Below are positions 54,693-64,000 of a stretch of DNA of 64,000 bases, piece by piece. Each line of letters opens with the position of its first letter. Positions within the stretch are counted from its first letter, which is position 1. The stretch lies in the NCBI GenBank assembly GCA_965242725.1, contig CBDESZ010000026.1, positions 1 through 64,000 on the forward strand. Reading direction: 5' to 3'. This stretch comes from Alkalispirochaeta sp. (GTDB lineage: Bacteria; Spirochaetota; Spirochaetia; DSM-27196; Alkalispirochaetaceae). Made by a program: the position numbers and the translations under genes. Under the pieces are notes generated by a model, which saw nothing but the letters and a program-made list of their open reading frames with translations, did not search any database and had not been told where the DNA came from.

Positions 54693-57600
54693 ATGACTCA
54701 ACCACTGCTCGGAATCGATATCGGTTCCACCACGGTTAAACTGGTTTTGTTGGAGCCTGCCGCACGAAAGGTGGTGTACCACCGGTACGGTCCGCCACGG
54801 AGCGCAGCAGCGGGCGACGACGATACGCCTTCTGAAGGACCTGCTGGCGGGGGTCGGCAATATTCGGGTACTGCCCATCTGTACCGGCAGCGGTGCAAAT
54901 GGTATCGCCCGCTCCTCCGGGCTGCCCCACGTTCAGGAGGTCGTGGCAAACAGCGTCGCCGTGCGCCCACTTCTATCCCGACACCCGGGTTGCCATTGAG
55001 CTGGGCGGACAGGGACGCCAAAGTCATCTTTTTTCGCCTTGATGAGGCTACCGGAGAGCTCCACGCATCGGATATGCGCATGAACGGGAGTTGTGCAGGC
55101 GGAACGGGAGCGTTTATCGATGAAGTCGCAAAACTGCTGCAGACACCGGTTGAGCAGTTTGACGACCTTGCGGCGCGGGGGGCGTCAGGTATACCAGATT
55201 TCCGGCCGCTGCGGTGTTTTTGCCAAGACCGACATACAGCCGCTTTTGAATCAGGGGGTGGACCCGCGCCGATCTCGCCCTGTCAACCTTTCACGCCGTC
55301 GCGCGGCAGACGATAGGAGGCCTTGCCCAGGGGTTGCACATCCATCCGCCCGTCATTTTTCAGGGCGGCCCCCCTTACTTTCAACCACACCCTCCTTGAA
55401 GTCTTTGCCCAGCGCCTCGGATTGAGTCCCGAAGAGGTGATTCGACCGGAACAGCCTGAAATATTTGTTGCACTGGGAGCGGCACTCTCCCTTCCGCTGA
55501 TCGCGCCTGAGATGAACGATCTCTCCGTCGATGAACTCATCGAACGCGTCGGCGTCATCGATGGAGACCCGGGAAGGGGAGACGATGAGTCCCCTGCCGG
55601 CCGGGAAGGCGCGGGGAGGTTCTTTTGCCGATCGCCGGGAACGGGATGACTTTGAGCGACGACAACCGACGGCCCCCGTGGAAGGCGCGAGACCTTTCCT
55701 CCGGGGAGTACCGTCGATGTCTATATCGGCATCGACGCGGGATCGACGACGACGAAAGCGGTCATCATAGACGAGGACGAACGCATTCTTGACAAGGGAT
55801 ATTCCCACAATGAAGGGGAGCCCCTTCAGACGGGGGTACGGATTCTTTCGGAACTGCTCGGTCGCTACGAAGAGGAGGGAGTGGCGCTCCGGATCAGGGG
55901 ACTCGGTACGACCGGCTACGGCGAGCGCCTCTTTGCCGCCGCCTTCCACGCCGATTTTCACACGGTAGAGACCGTCGCCCACGCCCATGCCGCGCTGGGA
56001 ATCGAACCTGACGTCGGTTTTGTCCTCGATATCGGCGGACAGGACATGAAGGCGATCACCATACATGAGGGGATCGTCACGGCGATCAGCCTGAACGAGG
56101 CGTGCTCCGCCGGATGCGGCTCCTTTCTCGAGAACTTTGCCCACAACCTTGAAGTTCCCGTCGAGTCGATTGCCGCACGCGCGTTTGCGGCGCACATGCC
56201 GAGTCAGCTTGGCTCCCGATGCACCGTATTCATGAACTCCTCAATCATTACGGAACAGAAAAACGGCAAAAGCCCCGACGACATCCTCGCCGGACTCTGC
56301 CGTTCGATCGTGGAGAATGTCTTCACCAAGGTTGTCCGGGTGCCGAACTTTTCCGCCCTCGGCGACACCGTGGTCGTCCAGGGCGGTACCTTCGAGAACG
56401 ACGCCGTCCTGCGCGCCCTGGAACAGTACACCGGGCGACGGGTAGTGCGGGCGCCGCACCCCGGACTGATGGGTGCCCTCGGTGTCGCACGGCTGACCCG
56501 GGAGCATATGGACCGGACGAAGACCGGCCCCTCCGCCTTTCCCGGTCTGGAGGGGCTGCGCACCTTTGAGGCGAAACGGGAAAGCGGACATATCTGCCCC
56601 TACTGCTCAAACGCATGCAATCGTACGGTGGTACGCTTTTCCGACGGTACCCTCTTTGTCACCGGCAACCGCTGTGAGCGGGGAGAGGTCCTTGAAGACC
56701 CGGCGGCGCCGGACGGGAAAGAACGGGAACGGGAACGGCTGCGCGAAATTGCCCGCCGCCATCGGGGCACACCCAATCTCATGCAGGAACGTGATCACCT
56801 GCTCTTCAGGCGCCCCCGGGAAGAGCTGATTCATGACGTGCGGAAGGTGACGATCGGCATTCCCCGGACACTGGAGTTCTGGCAGAGCTATCCCTTCTGG
56901 TACGCCTTCTGGACGACCCTGGGATTCGACGTCGTCCTTTCCGACGAAAGCAGCAAAGAGCTGTACGAAAACGGACTCTCGGCGGTACCGTCCGATACCG
57001 TATGCTTTCCCGCCAAGCTCGCCCACGGTCATGTGAGAAACCTCATTGCCAGGGGGGTGAACCGTATTTTTATGCCCATGATCAACCGCATGCCGCCGGA
57101 AAACCTCTCGGTTCAGAGCAATCACGTATGTGCCGTTGTGAAAGGCTATCCTATGGTCGTCGATGTGAGCGATGAGCCCGAGCGGAACTGGGGCATTCCC
57201 CTTGATCGCCCCATGTTTCACTGGGTTGACGAGAGAACGCGGCGGAAGCAGATCGTGAAGTGGGTCTCCGAGACCTTTCGTCTTCCTCCCGACGTGGTGG
57301 AGGAGGCGGTTCATCGCGGTAACATCAGGCAGACCGAGTTCGAGGGAGAGCTCATGCGCCGGGGTGCGTCTGTCCTGGCGGACCTTGAGGAGCGGCAAGA
57401 AGCCTTTGCGGTCGTCATTGCGGCGCGGCCGTACCATTCGGACCGGCTCATCAACCACGACCTTGCCGCGTTTTTTATCGAGGCAGGAATACCCGTACTG
57501 ACCGCCGACAGTCTGCCGGGGCTCTACGACGTCGATCTCTCGGCGACGAGATCGGAGATGACCATAAACTTTCACGTCCGTATGTATGCGGCGGCGTTGA

Positions 57601-59117
57601 AGGTCGCGGAAAATCCGAAACTTGAACTCGTTCAGATCGTCAGTTTTGGATGCGGTCATGATGCGGTCATCAGCGACGAGATCGTGCGTCTCCTTGAGAC
57701 GGGGAGCGGCAAGAGCCCGCTGACATTGAAACTCGACGAAACGGATGTCAAAGGACCACTGGCGATCAGAATCCGCTCATTCATAGAGACGGTCAGGACG
57801 CGCCGCCGCCGGGATCACCTCTCCCGCCGGCCCGGGGTGATACTTCCCGATCCCTTTCCTGTGAAGTTCAGGAAAGAAGACCGCCGCGAGAAGGTCATTA
57901 TGGCCCCAAACGTGAGCGAAGCGTTTTCAATAATCATCAGTGCCGCGATCAGGGCGGAAGGGTATCGCATCGAACCCCTTCCCCTGGCGGATCGGCGCGC
58001 CATAGAACTGGGCAAACGCTACATTCACAACGATATGTGCTACCCCGCACAGGTGAATGTCGGTGAAATGTTGCGGGCCCTGGAGACGGGTGTTGTGAAG
58101 CGGGAGCACGCGGTCTGCGGACTCGCCAAGAGTCAATGCGACTGCCGTCTCGCCCACTACGCCAGCCTCGCCCGGCGGGCCCTCGACGACGCGGGATATC
58201 CGGAGATTCCGATAATCACCACCGATATGGACACAAAAAACATGCATCCCGGTTTTGCATTGAGCCCGCTCTTTCAGTTGCGGATGCTCTGGGCGCTGGC
58301 GATGGTGGACGCTCTGGAAGCGCTGCGGTTGAAGTTGCGGCCCTACGAGCTGCATACGGGAGAGGTGGACGGTGTCATAAACGAGTCGGTGCAACAGGTC
58401 GCGGCGGCACTGGAGGTGTCGGTACGACGTGCCCTCCGCTCCTTTGAGCGGGCGATCGAGCGACTGCAGACGGTCCCCCTCTCGGATGCTCCCGCCCGTC
58501 GGAAGGTCTTCGTCATCGGAGAGTTCCTGCTCAATTTTCACGCCACTAGCAATAACAACATCGTCCACTATCTGGAATCCCACGATATGGAGGTGGTGCT
58601 TCCGGCGATCCTCGATTCGTTCCGACGCGATTTCATGCGTCAGAAGACGGAACGACGGGAGTTCTTCATTCGCTATCCCTTTGTGGAAACGGTCCTGGGG
58701 GAGGTGACGGACTATCTCTTTGAGCATGTCCTCAACCGCATTGCGTCGATCGCCGAGCGCCACCCCCGATACCACCGACGCATCGGCCTGCCTGAAATAG
58801 CGACGCTCTCCGAAAAGATCGTTCACCACACATTCACCTCCGGTGAGGGGTGGATGATCGCCGGCGAAATACTCCACCACGCCGCGGAAGGAATCAACTC
58901 CTTCCTCATTCTGCAGCCCTTCGGATGCCTCCCGAACCACGTGACGGGACGGGGGCTGGTAAAGAAACTGAAGGAAATCTATCCCCGTATCCAGATCCTC
59001 AGCCTCGATTACGATCCTGACACGAGTTTTGCAAATATCGAGAACCGTCTGCAGATGCTCGTAATGAACAGTCGCCTTGCCGCCGGGAAAGTGAAGGATT
59101 ACACTGAATACCCATGA
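54693..59117 (+). CDS. Multidomain CoA-substrate activase / 2-hydroxyacyl-CoA dehydratase-family protein; 5' ~1 kb frameshifted, intact from ~55.7 kb
   Basis: Two ASKHA repeats (GIDIGSTT, GIDAGSTT, CAGGTG, CSAGCG), CFPAK, SFGCGHD, CYPA, QPFGCLPNH. Confidence 0.85.
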
Positions 59118-59782
59118 ATGAACGGGTAATCGATGGAGTGATTTTTGATCTGGACGGCGTCGTGGTCTACACCGACGAGTATCACTACAAGGCGTGGAAA
59201 AAGCTCGCCGACAAAAACGGATGGGACTTTGACGAATCCCTGAATGACCGGCTCAGGGGGGTGTCCCGTATGGCGTCTCTTCAGATCATCCTTGACCACA
59301 ACGGGATTGAATTGCCTGAAGAGACGCGCACGGCCCTGGCGACGGAAAAAAATGAAGACTACAAGGCTTTTCTCGCCGAAATTGATGAAACCGCCCTCGT
59401 CGCCGGCTCTCTTGAGTTTATTCGGGCGCTCCGGGCGCGGGGAATAAAAACGGGCCTCGGAAGCAGCAGCAGGAACGCATCCCTCGTCCTTGATAAACTC
59501 GGAATTACCGAACTCTTTGACGCCGTGGTGACCGGCAGGGATATCGAAAAATCGAAACCCGACCCGGAGATCTTTGTGAAGGGTGCACACCGGCTGGGTA
59601 CTCCCATCGATCGGACCTATGTGTTTGAAGACGCCGCAAGCGGTGTTGACGCGGCGCAGGCGGGCGGAATGGTCGCCGTAGGATTCGGTCCGTCCGACGG
59701 CCTTGACCATGCTGATGTGCGGGTCCTTTCGTTTTCAGATATCGACGTGGATGTTTTTGTTCAGACCGGCCGTCCCGGGTAG
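59114..59782 (+). CDS. pgmB: Beta-phosphoglucomutase (HAD family)
   Basis: FDLDGV..T..YHY.AW, LRGVSR, SSSRNA, KPDPEIF, EDA..GV. Confidence 0.88.
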   Translation: MNERVIDGVIFDLDGVVVYTDEYHYKAWKKLADKNGWDFDESLNDRLRGVSRMASLQIILDHNGIELPEETRTALATEKNEDYKAFLAEIDETALVAGSLEFIRALRARGIKTGLGSSSRNASLVLDKLGITELFDAVVTGRDIEKSKPDPEIFVKGAHRLGTPIDRTYVFEDAASGVDAAQAGGMVAVGFGPSDGLDHADVRVLSFSDIDVDVFVQTGRPG

Positions 59783-60921
59783 GCGTCGAGAATTGCCGAC
59801 GCCTCCGCGGCATTGTGGGTGTCATAGAGCGCAAAGAGGAGTCTCGTCGCCTCGGGATCCTCGGGAGCGGCGGGAAGGCCGTCGGGTGGTCCGTCGGGGT
59901 AGACGCACAGATAATTGCGAAAAAACTTTTTCAGAACCTCGTAATTCCGGCGATCGCCCCACCGGGCGGTAAAGGCGTTGATCTGCTCGCGAAGATAGGC
60001 AAGCCGCCGGATCAGCGGTATTTCCGTCCATTCCGGTGGCTCACCGCCGTCCTGCGATCCTCGCGCAGCTGAACGCGCAGCTGTGGAGACGGATCTCCTG
60101 GCAAAGATAAGGGGATCGTAAAAGACACCACGGCCGATCATGATGCCGTCGACCCTCGTCTCTTCCACGCGCCGGAGTCCCTGATCGATCGAGTATACGT
60201 CGCCGTTCCCGATGATTGCGGTGTCGTGGCCGCCCCTCCGCAGGCGTTCATCCCGCAGGTTCACCGCCTTTGCCACCTCCGACCACTCCGCCGCACCTTC
60301 CGAAAGCTGGTCGGCGATGCGGCCGTGGATCGTCAACGCGTCGATATTCAACTCCAGGAGAAAATCGACCCATTCCTCGGTAACGACGCGATCGAGGCCG
60401 ATTCGCGTTTTCACGCTCAGGGGCAGCGATGATCCGGCGCGACATGCGGCGATGATTTCCGCGGCTACGTCGTGTCGCCCGATGAGGGCGGAACAGGCGC
60501 CGACTTTGCGGATTTTTCGCGCCGGGCATCCCATGTTTATGTCGATACCGTCAAACCCGAGGCGTTCCACCGCCTGCGCCGCCGCGTAAAACTCTTCCGG
60601 ACGGGTACCCCAGAGCTGGGCGACCATCGGGCGTTCAAAATCGGTATAGACGAGACGATCGTACCGCTCCGGGGAACCCGCCGTCGGGCGCGTCGCTTCC
60701 GTTTGTTGCGACTCATCAATCCGACGCGCCGCCTCCATCTGCCACGCCCGCACCGCGCCGTCGACACGGGTAAATTCGGAATACATGATTGCCGGTCCCG
60801 GACTGCCCCACGCCAGTGACCACCGGCGAATGAGGGTCCGGAAGACGGTATCGGTCACGTCTTCCATGGGAGCGAGTACGAAAAAGGGGCGCGGGATATC
60901 GCGATAGAGGGAGGACATCAC
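59761..60921 (-). CDS. dus: tRNA-dihydrouridine synthase
   Basis: LAPMEDVTD, DINMGCP, SVKTRIG, IHGR, GNGD, MIGRG. Confidence 0.92.
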   Translation of the reverse strand: MMSSLYRDIPRPFFVLAPMEDVTDTVFRTLIRRWSLAWGSPGPAIMYSEFTRVDGAVRAWQMEAARRIDESQQTEATRPTAGSPERYDRLVYTDFERPMVAQLWGTRPEEFYAAAQAVERLGFDGIDINMGCPARKIRKVGACSALIGRHDVAAEIIAACRAGSSLPLSVKTRIGLDRVVTEEWVDFLLELNIDALTIHGRIADQLSEGAAEWSEVAKAVNLRDERLRRGGHDTAIIGNGDVYSIDQGLRRVEETRVDGIMIGRGVFYDPLIFARRSVSTAARSAARGSQDGGEPPEWTEIPLIRRLAYLREQINAFTARWGDRRNYEVLKKFFRNYLCVYPDGPPDGLPAAPEDPEATRLLFALYDTHNAAEASAILDAYPGRPV

Positions 60922-62054
60922 AATGCGGACAGGAACCAGAACATGGCGACGCCGAGGTAATTTCCGACGGCGTACCCGATGACACCGGTGGTGATACCCG
61001 CCGCGATGAGACGGGGATCCCTGACAATAGGGGCGAGCATGCCCACAAAGGGAGGCGAACAGACCGCGGAAATGCTGGTGACCATGATCGTCCCCCTTCG
61101 AATCCTGAAAATTCGACCCAGAATGAAATGGAGGCCGAGGCTGCCGAAGACGACGATGGAGAGATAGGCGATGATCACCGGAGAGGTGGTGACCATCCGT
61201 TCCACTTCAGCCATCGATCCGACGGCGACGGAGAAGATGAGGATGAAAAACTCCCCGGTCCTGAAGCTTGTAGTCAACCGGGATATACCGGGAATTATGG
61301 TTGCCAGGAGGGAGAGTGTCGTCAAAAGGAGAATGGTCACCGTCGTCGCGTGCTCGTCGGGGACCATTGCCGAGAGGGCGACGCTCAAGAGTACGACGGC
61401 GGCGGCGCATCCAAGGGCGATGAACGTTGTCCCCCGGTTGCCCCGAGCGACTATTTGAACATACGCGGGTGAGAGATTATCGGCACCGCCGCCGGAGGGG
61501 GCGGCGGATCTGCCGTCACGCTCCTCTCCACCCAATATGCGCCGCCCGAGGAGGAGGATAAGGAGGATGTAGACGGCGCTCACGAGAAGATCCACCGTGT
61601 GAACCGTCAGGTAGAGGGAGCTTTCCACGTCAAGGGCGACGCGTATCGCCGCAAGATTCGGTGTTCCGCCGGTATAGACGCCCACGAGGAGTCCGCCGAT
61701 TTCCGCACCCGACTGGACGAGATGGGCAAGGAGGAAGTGGGCGACCGTCACCGCGATAAGTACCGAAATTCCGGCGAGGAGGAACGAAATGATCGCCTCC
61801 CGGCCCGCCCTCATCCAGCCACGGATATCGACGGCAAAGAGCATGAGGGGAATCGAAAACGCCACGGCGGCACTGGAAACGCCGTCCTGCAGTGCCCCCA
61901 TTGCCGCGGTGTGGGGCAGAACCAGCGAAAGGAGCAGTCCCGCCACGTAGGCGGGAATGATCGGATTGATGACGTTTGTCCGCGGCAGATAGTGCTGGAC
62001 AAAAATGATAATGACGGGAATCAGGATGAACAGGAGGGCGATGCTATACTCCAC
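60918..62054 (-). CDS. DUF819-like multi-pass membrane protein
   Basis: GVYTGGTPNLAAI, CSPPFV, GYAVGNYLG; many TM helices; GTG start with GGAG RBS. Confidence 0.75.
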   Translation of the reverse strand: MEYSIALLFILIPVIIIFVQHYLPRTNVINPIIPAYVAGLLLSLVLPHTAAMGALQDGVSSAAVAFSIPLMLFAVDIRGWMRAGREAIISFLLAGISVLIAVTVAHFLLAHLVQSGAEIGGLLVGVYTGGTPNLAAIRVALDVESSLYLTVHTVDLLVSAVYILLILLLGRRILGGEERDGRSAAPSGGGADNLSPAYVQIVARGNRGTTFIALGCAAAVVLLSVALSAMVPDEHATTVTILLLTTLSLLATIIPGISRLTTSFRTGEFFILIFSVAVGSMAEVERMVTTSPVIIAYLSIVVFGSLGLHFILGRIFRIRRGTIMVTSISAVCSPPFVGMLAPIVRDPRLIAAGITTGVIGYAVGNYLGVAMFWFLSAL

Positions 62055-62070
62055 AGGAAACTCCCCAATG

Positions 62071-62217
62071 CTACTTCTTCTTTTTCAGGGCAAGAAAAAT
62101 CGCGCCCAGGCTCCACAGTCCCACCGTGGCGAGGGCGGTTTGCCACATTGAATCAACGGTACCGGCAAGTACCGGAATCCAGAGCAGCACGGTCCCTGAA
62201 AGAAGAAGTACCATCAT
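62071..62217 (-). CDS. Small 48-aa hydrophobic membrane protein (not in ORF track)
   Basis: MMVLLLSGTVLLWIPVLAGTVDSMWQTALATVGLWSLGAIFLALKKKK; GAGGCGGGG RBS; fills the ZIP-DUF819 gap on the same strand. Confidence 0.6.
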   Translation of the reverse strand: MMVLLLSGTVLLWIPVLAGTVDSMWQTALATVGLWSLGAIFLALKKKK

Positions 62218-62230
62218 ACCCCGCCTCGTT

Positions 62231-62980
62231 TCAACCGGCGAGAACCTGAAACACCGTCATTCCCGCAACGGCGAGGGTAGTCGTCGTCGCGACGTGTTCC
62301 TTTTTGGCGTTTTCAAGAGCCTCGGGTATGAGTTCAGACGTGACCATCCATATCATGGCGCCGGCGGCAAGACCGAGACCGACGGGGAGTACCGGTTCAA
62401 AGAGCCGTACAAAGAGGAACGCCGGGACGGCGACGAGGGGCTGGGGAAGGCTTGAGAAAATGGCCCACAGTCCCGCTTTCCACGCCCTGACGCCGCGCGG
62501 AACGAGGATAAGTGAAATCGCGAGACCTTCCGGGATGTTGTGGACGGCGATGGCGAGGGAAATGAACGCGCCAAACTGCTCCCCTCCGCCGAAGGAGACC
62601 CCCACGCCGACGCCTTCCGCAAAGGAGTGAAGGGTCATGACACCGACAATCATGAGCGCTTTCTTTGCGTCCGCACCCTGAAGATCCCCCACTGAAACTC
62701 CGTCGTTGTGGTCAAGACGGGTCTGGGTCACGTAAATGAAGAGGACCCCGAGAAGAATACCTCCGACGGTACGCCACATGCTGTAGTCGATACCTTCGTA
62801 GATGAGATTGAAGCTCGCCGCGGCCATGATTCCCGCCGCAAAAGCGCCGGCCAGGGCGAGGACGCGCCTGGACAGATCCTTGCGGACAAAGAAAGGAATT
62901 GCCCCAAGCCCCGTTGCCAGGGCGGTAATCATGGCATAGACAAATACGATCCATACCGACGGGAGTGCGAGATCTTCCAT
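62231..62980 (-). CDS. ZIP family divalent-metal transporter (ZupT/GufA-like)
   Basis: LHSFAEG.G.G, AIAVHNIPEG, AAGAM..ELIPE. Confidence 0.9.
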   Translation of the reverse strand: MEDLALPSVWIVFVYAMITALATGLGAIPFFVRKDLSRRVLALAGAFAAGIMAAASFNLIYEGIDYSMWRTVGGILLGVLFIYVTQTRLDHNDGVSVGDLQGADAKKALMIVGVMTLHSFAEGVGVGVSFGGGEQFGAFISLAIAVHNIPEGLAISLILVPRGVRAWKAGLWAIFSSLPQPLVAVPAFLFVRLFEPVLPVGLGLAAGAMIWMVTSELIPEALENAKKEHVATTTTLAVAGMTVFQVLAG

Positions 62981-62983
62981 GGC

Positions 62984-63007
62984 ATTAATAATAATGATTC
63001 TTAATAA
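62984..63007. promoter_or_regulatory. Fur-family (Fur/Zur/PerR)-like operator upstream of the ZIP gene
   Basis: AT-rich 7-1-7 dyad TAATAAT-G-ATTCTTA at 62989-63003 in a GC-rich background. Confidence 0.55.
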
Positions 63008-63075
63008 GAGAGGCAATGAATCGTACATCGGACCGGCGGCTGCGCGGAAGGCGCACATGTGGTAGGATACTGCGA

Positions 63076-64000
63076 GTGAAAAGTCCGACAATCAGTGCGC
63101 TCATTATCGCGATGTTATTCGCCCTCGCCGGGTGTTCCGGAGGAAATGAAACGACTCAGCAATCCGAATCCTCGCCGGAACGAGTGGGAACCGGGTCAAA
63201 CCGACGTCCCTACGCGGGGGTGGAACTGCATATCCTCGCAAACGACCACCCCTGGGTCCACCACATATCTCAAAAGGTCTCCGCCTTTACCCGCGCGACC
63301 GGTGCAACCGTCCACTTTGAAGTCTATCCGGAGGAGCAGTTTCGGGTAAAACGGACCGTGGAAATGCTCTCCGGTATATCGGAGATCGATGCCTATATGA
63401 TCATGCCGGGAAACAGCCTTGACGAGTACTACCATCAGGGATGGATCGAACCGCTGGACGACTTCATGGGAACCGGTTTTCAGACCGATGACTTCTATCC
63501 CCGGGCACTCGCGGCAGGGATGAGGGAAGGGCAGCATTTCACCATTCCCCTGCTTCTTGAGACGTCCATCCTTGCATACAATCGCCGAATTTTTGACGAA
63601 TATGGTCTCACCGTGCCTCGAACGATGGAAGAACTGGAACGGGTCGCCGGGGAGGTCTATCGACGGTCAAACGGGACGATCTACGGCATTACCATGCGGG
63701 GGCGCGGTGCGTCGGCGACGAGTCAATGGGCGGATTTTCTCCACTCGTTCGGGGGGGCCTGGGTTGACGAAGACGGGATGGCCGCTCTTGACTCTCCCGA
63801 GGCGCGGGCGGCGCTTGAGTACTATGGACGGCTCCTGCGGGAGTACGGTCCGCCCGACGCAACGGGCAACGGCTGGTATGAAAGCCTCTCCCTCTTTATG
63901 CGCGGTGATGCGGCGATGATATTCGACGCCAATGTCTTTCGGACGCACTATGAAGACAGAGAACGATCGCTCGTCGCAGGCGAGGTGGGATACGCGACGC
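63076..64000 (+). CDS. Sugar ABC transporter substrate-binding lipoprotein; runs off the window end
   Basis: GTG start, MKSPTISALIIAMLFALAG-C lipobox; WIEPLDD, IP....ILAYNR.IF, VPRTMEEL; frame open to 64000. Confidence 0.85.
   Translation, partial: MKSPTISALIIAMLFALAGCSGGNETTQQSESSPERVGTGSNRRPYAGVELHILANDHPWVHHISQKVSAFTRATGATVHFEVYPEEQFRVKRTVEMLSGISEIDAYMIMPGNSLDEYYHQGWIEPLDDFMGTGFQTDDFYPRALAAGMREGQHFTIPLLLETSILAYNRRIFDEYGLTVPRTMEELERVAGEVYRRSNGTIYGITMRGRGASATSQWADFLHSFGGAWVDEDGMAALDSPEARAALEYYGRLLREYGPPDATGNGWYESLSLFMRGDAAMIFDANVFRTHYEDRERSLVAGEVGYAT

Noticed and set aside
52200..55700. Programmed frameshifting or phase variation
   Set aside because: Too many shifts in unrelated genes, with no long slippery tracts; sequence error is more parsimonious.

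Overview
Core chromosome segment of a moderately GC-rich spirochaete. Spirochaetaceae-like affiliation is inferred from RpoB carrying Asn at the E. coli S531-equivalent position and from the absence of fusA, rpsD, adk, map and infA from the ribosomal clusters. About 27 kb (15.4-42.1 kb) is the translation/transcription superoperon: tRNA-Thr, tRNA-Trp, secE-nusG-rplKAJL-rpoBC, rpsL-rpsG, tuf and the S10-spc-alpha genes. To its left is an Fe-S/tRNA-modification neighbourhood: sufT-sufCBD-Rieske ferredoxin-sua5 converging on FNR-miaB-mtaB, then an orphan histidine kinase with a four-Cys insert and a flavodoxin. To its right are housekeeping and carbohydrate genes (valS, amidase, AKR, ROK, FGGY kinase, GT4, CoA-activase/dehydratase, beta-PGM, dus, ZIP, ABC lipoprotein). 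The most striking unexplained structure lies directly after rpsG: four 66-67 bp units that each re-encode the last seven codons and stop of rpsG (AFAHYRW*) in two alternating synonymous versions, with hairpins showing compensatory changes. Other leads are a candidate structured RNA after rplQ, an unannotated 48-aa membrane peptide whose coding ends are complementary, and a block of dense frameshifts (52.2-55.7 kb) that is probably sequencing error. No CRISPR array, transposase, integrase or phage gene was seen. All product calls come from motif recognition by eye; no database search was run.
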